Assembly: GCF_004010195.1 (NCBI RefSeq)
Contig: NC_057735.1
Coordinates: forward strand, 52,216,018-52,280,017
DNA length: 64,000 nucleotides
Source: Chiloscyllium plagiosum
Taxonomy: Eukaryota
Direction: 5' to 3'
Shown here: positions 63,692 through 64,000 of the stretch, in pieces
How the letters are laid out: each line of letters begins with the position of its first letter
Numbering within the stretch: the stretch's first letter is position 1
The notes under the pieces: model-generated
The model's input: only the letters and a program-made list of their open reading frames with translations
Database searches by the model: none
Told to the model about the DNA's origin: nothing
Made by a program: the position numbers and the translations under genes

Positions 63692-64000
63692 TGTTATGGA
63701 CTAGGCCAGACCACTTAAAACATTCTGAAGCAGGCAGCCTAGACCATAATTTTGCAACTTGATTTGTTAAGTGTACAGTAAAAAATCCCAGATTACGTTG
63801 GCAAGGTTGACTACCAGGTTTAAAACAGACATAAAATGTATTCACAAAATTACACAATGAAATATGAAGAACAGAATAAAGAACCACTACAAAACCCAGT
63901 CTATCCAAACTGGATTTAAATCTGCTGTTCTGAACATATACAACAGTCCCAGTAAACAAACCCCCTTTGAAACACAGTACAAAAAAGGGTCAGATGCTTA
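63692..64000. mobile_element. LTR-like repeat, same family as 46008-46602, runs off the window
   Basis: TGTTATGGACTAGGCCAGACC...AAAACATT head. Confidence 0.55.

Overview
Repeat-rich cartilaginous-fish (shark) genomic DNA with three assembly gaps. The taxon is inferred from HE1 V-SINEs and shark-type IgM sequence. Bases 598-17167 (minus strand) hold one IgM heavy-chain minicluster: leader, VH, D, JH, CH1-CH4 and TM1. VH is already joined to D in the assembled DNA through a palindromic junction, while D and J keep facing 12- and 23-spacer RSSs. The constant region is dead (stops, frameshifts, a CH4/secretory-tail deletion and a SINE inside TM1). The rest holds two convergent GPR139/142-like receptor paralogues (both disabled) and a tRNA-Ser-primed class I-like ERV fragment (LTR-PBS-gag-pro-insert-RT start). 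It also holds a second ERV LTR/PBS, many CR1 LINE pieces (often head-to-head pairs) and Penelope-like elements carrying minimal hammerhead ribozymes. The least explained structure is a head-to-tail array of identically truncated Tx1-like 3' ends stacked at one target site next to a TATA box (58.9-61.0 kb). All family assignments come from motif recognition by eye, and repeat boundaries are approximate.
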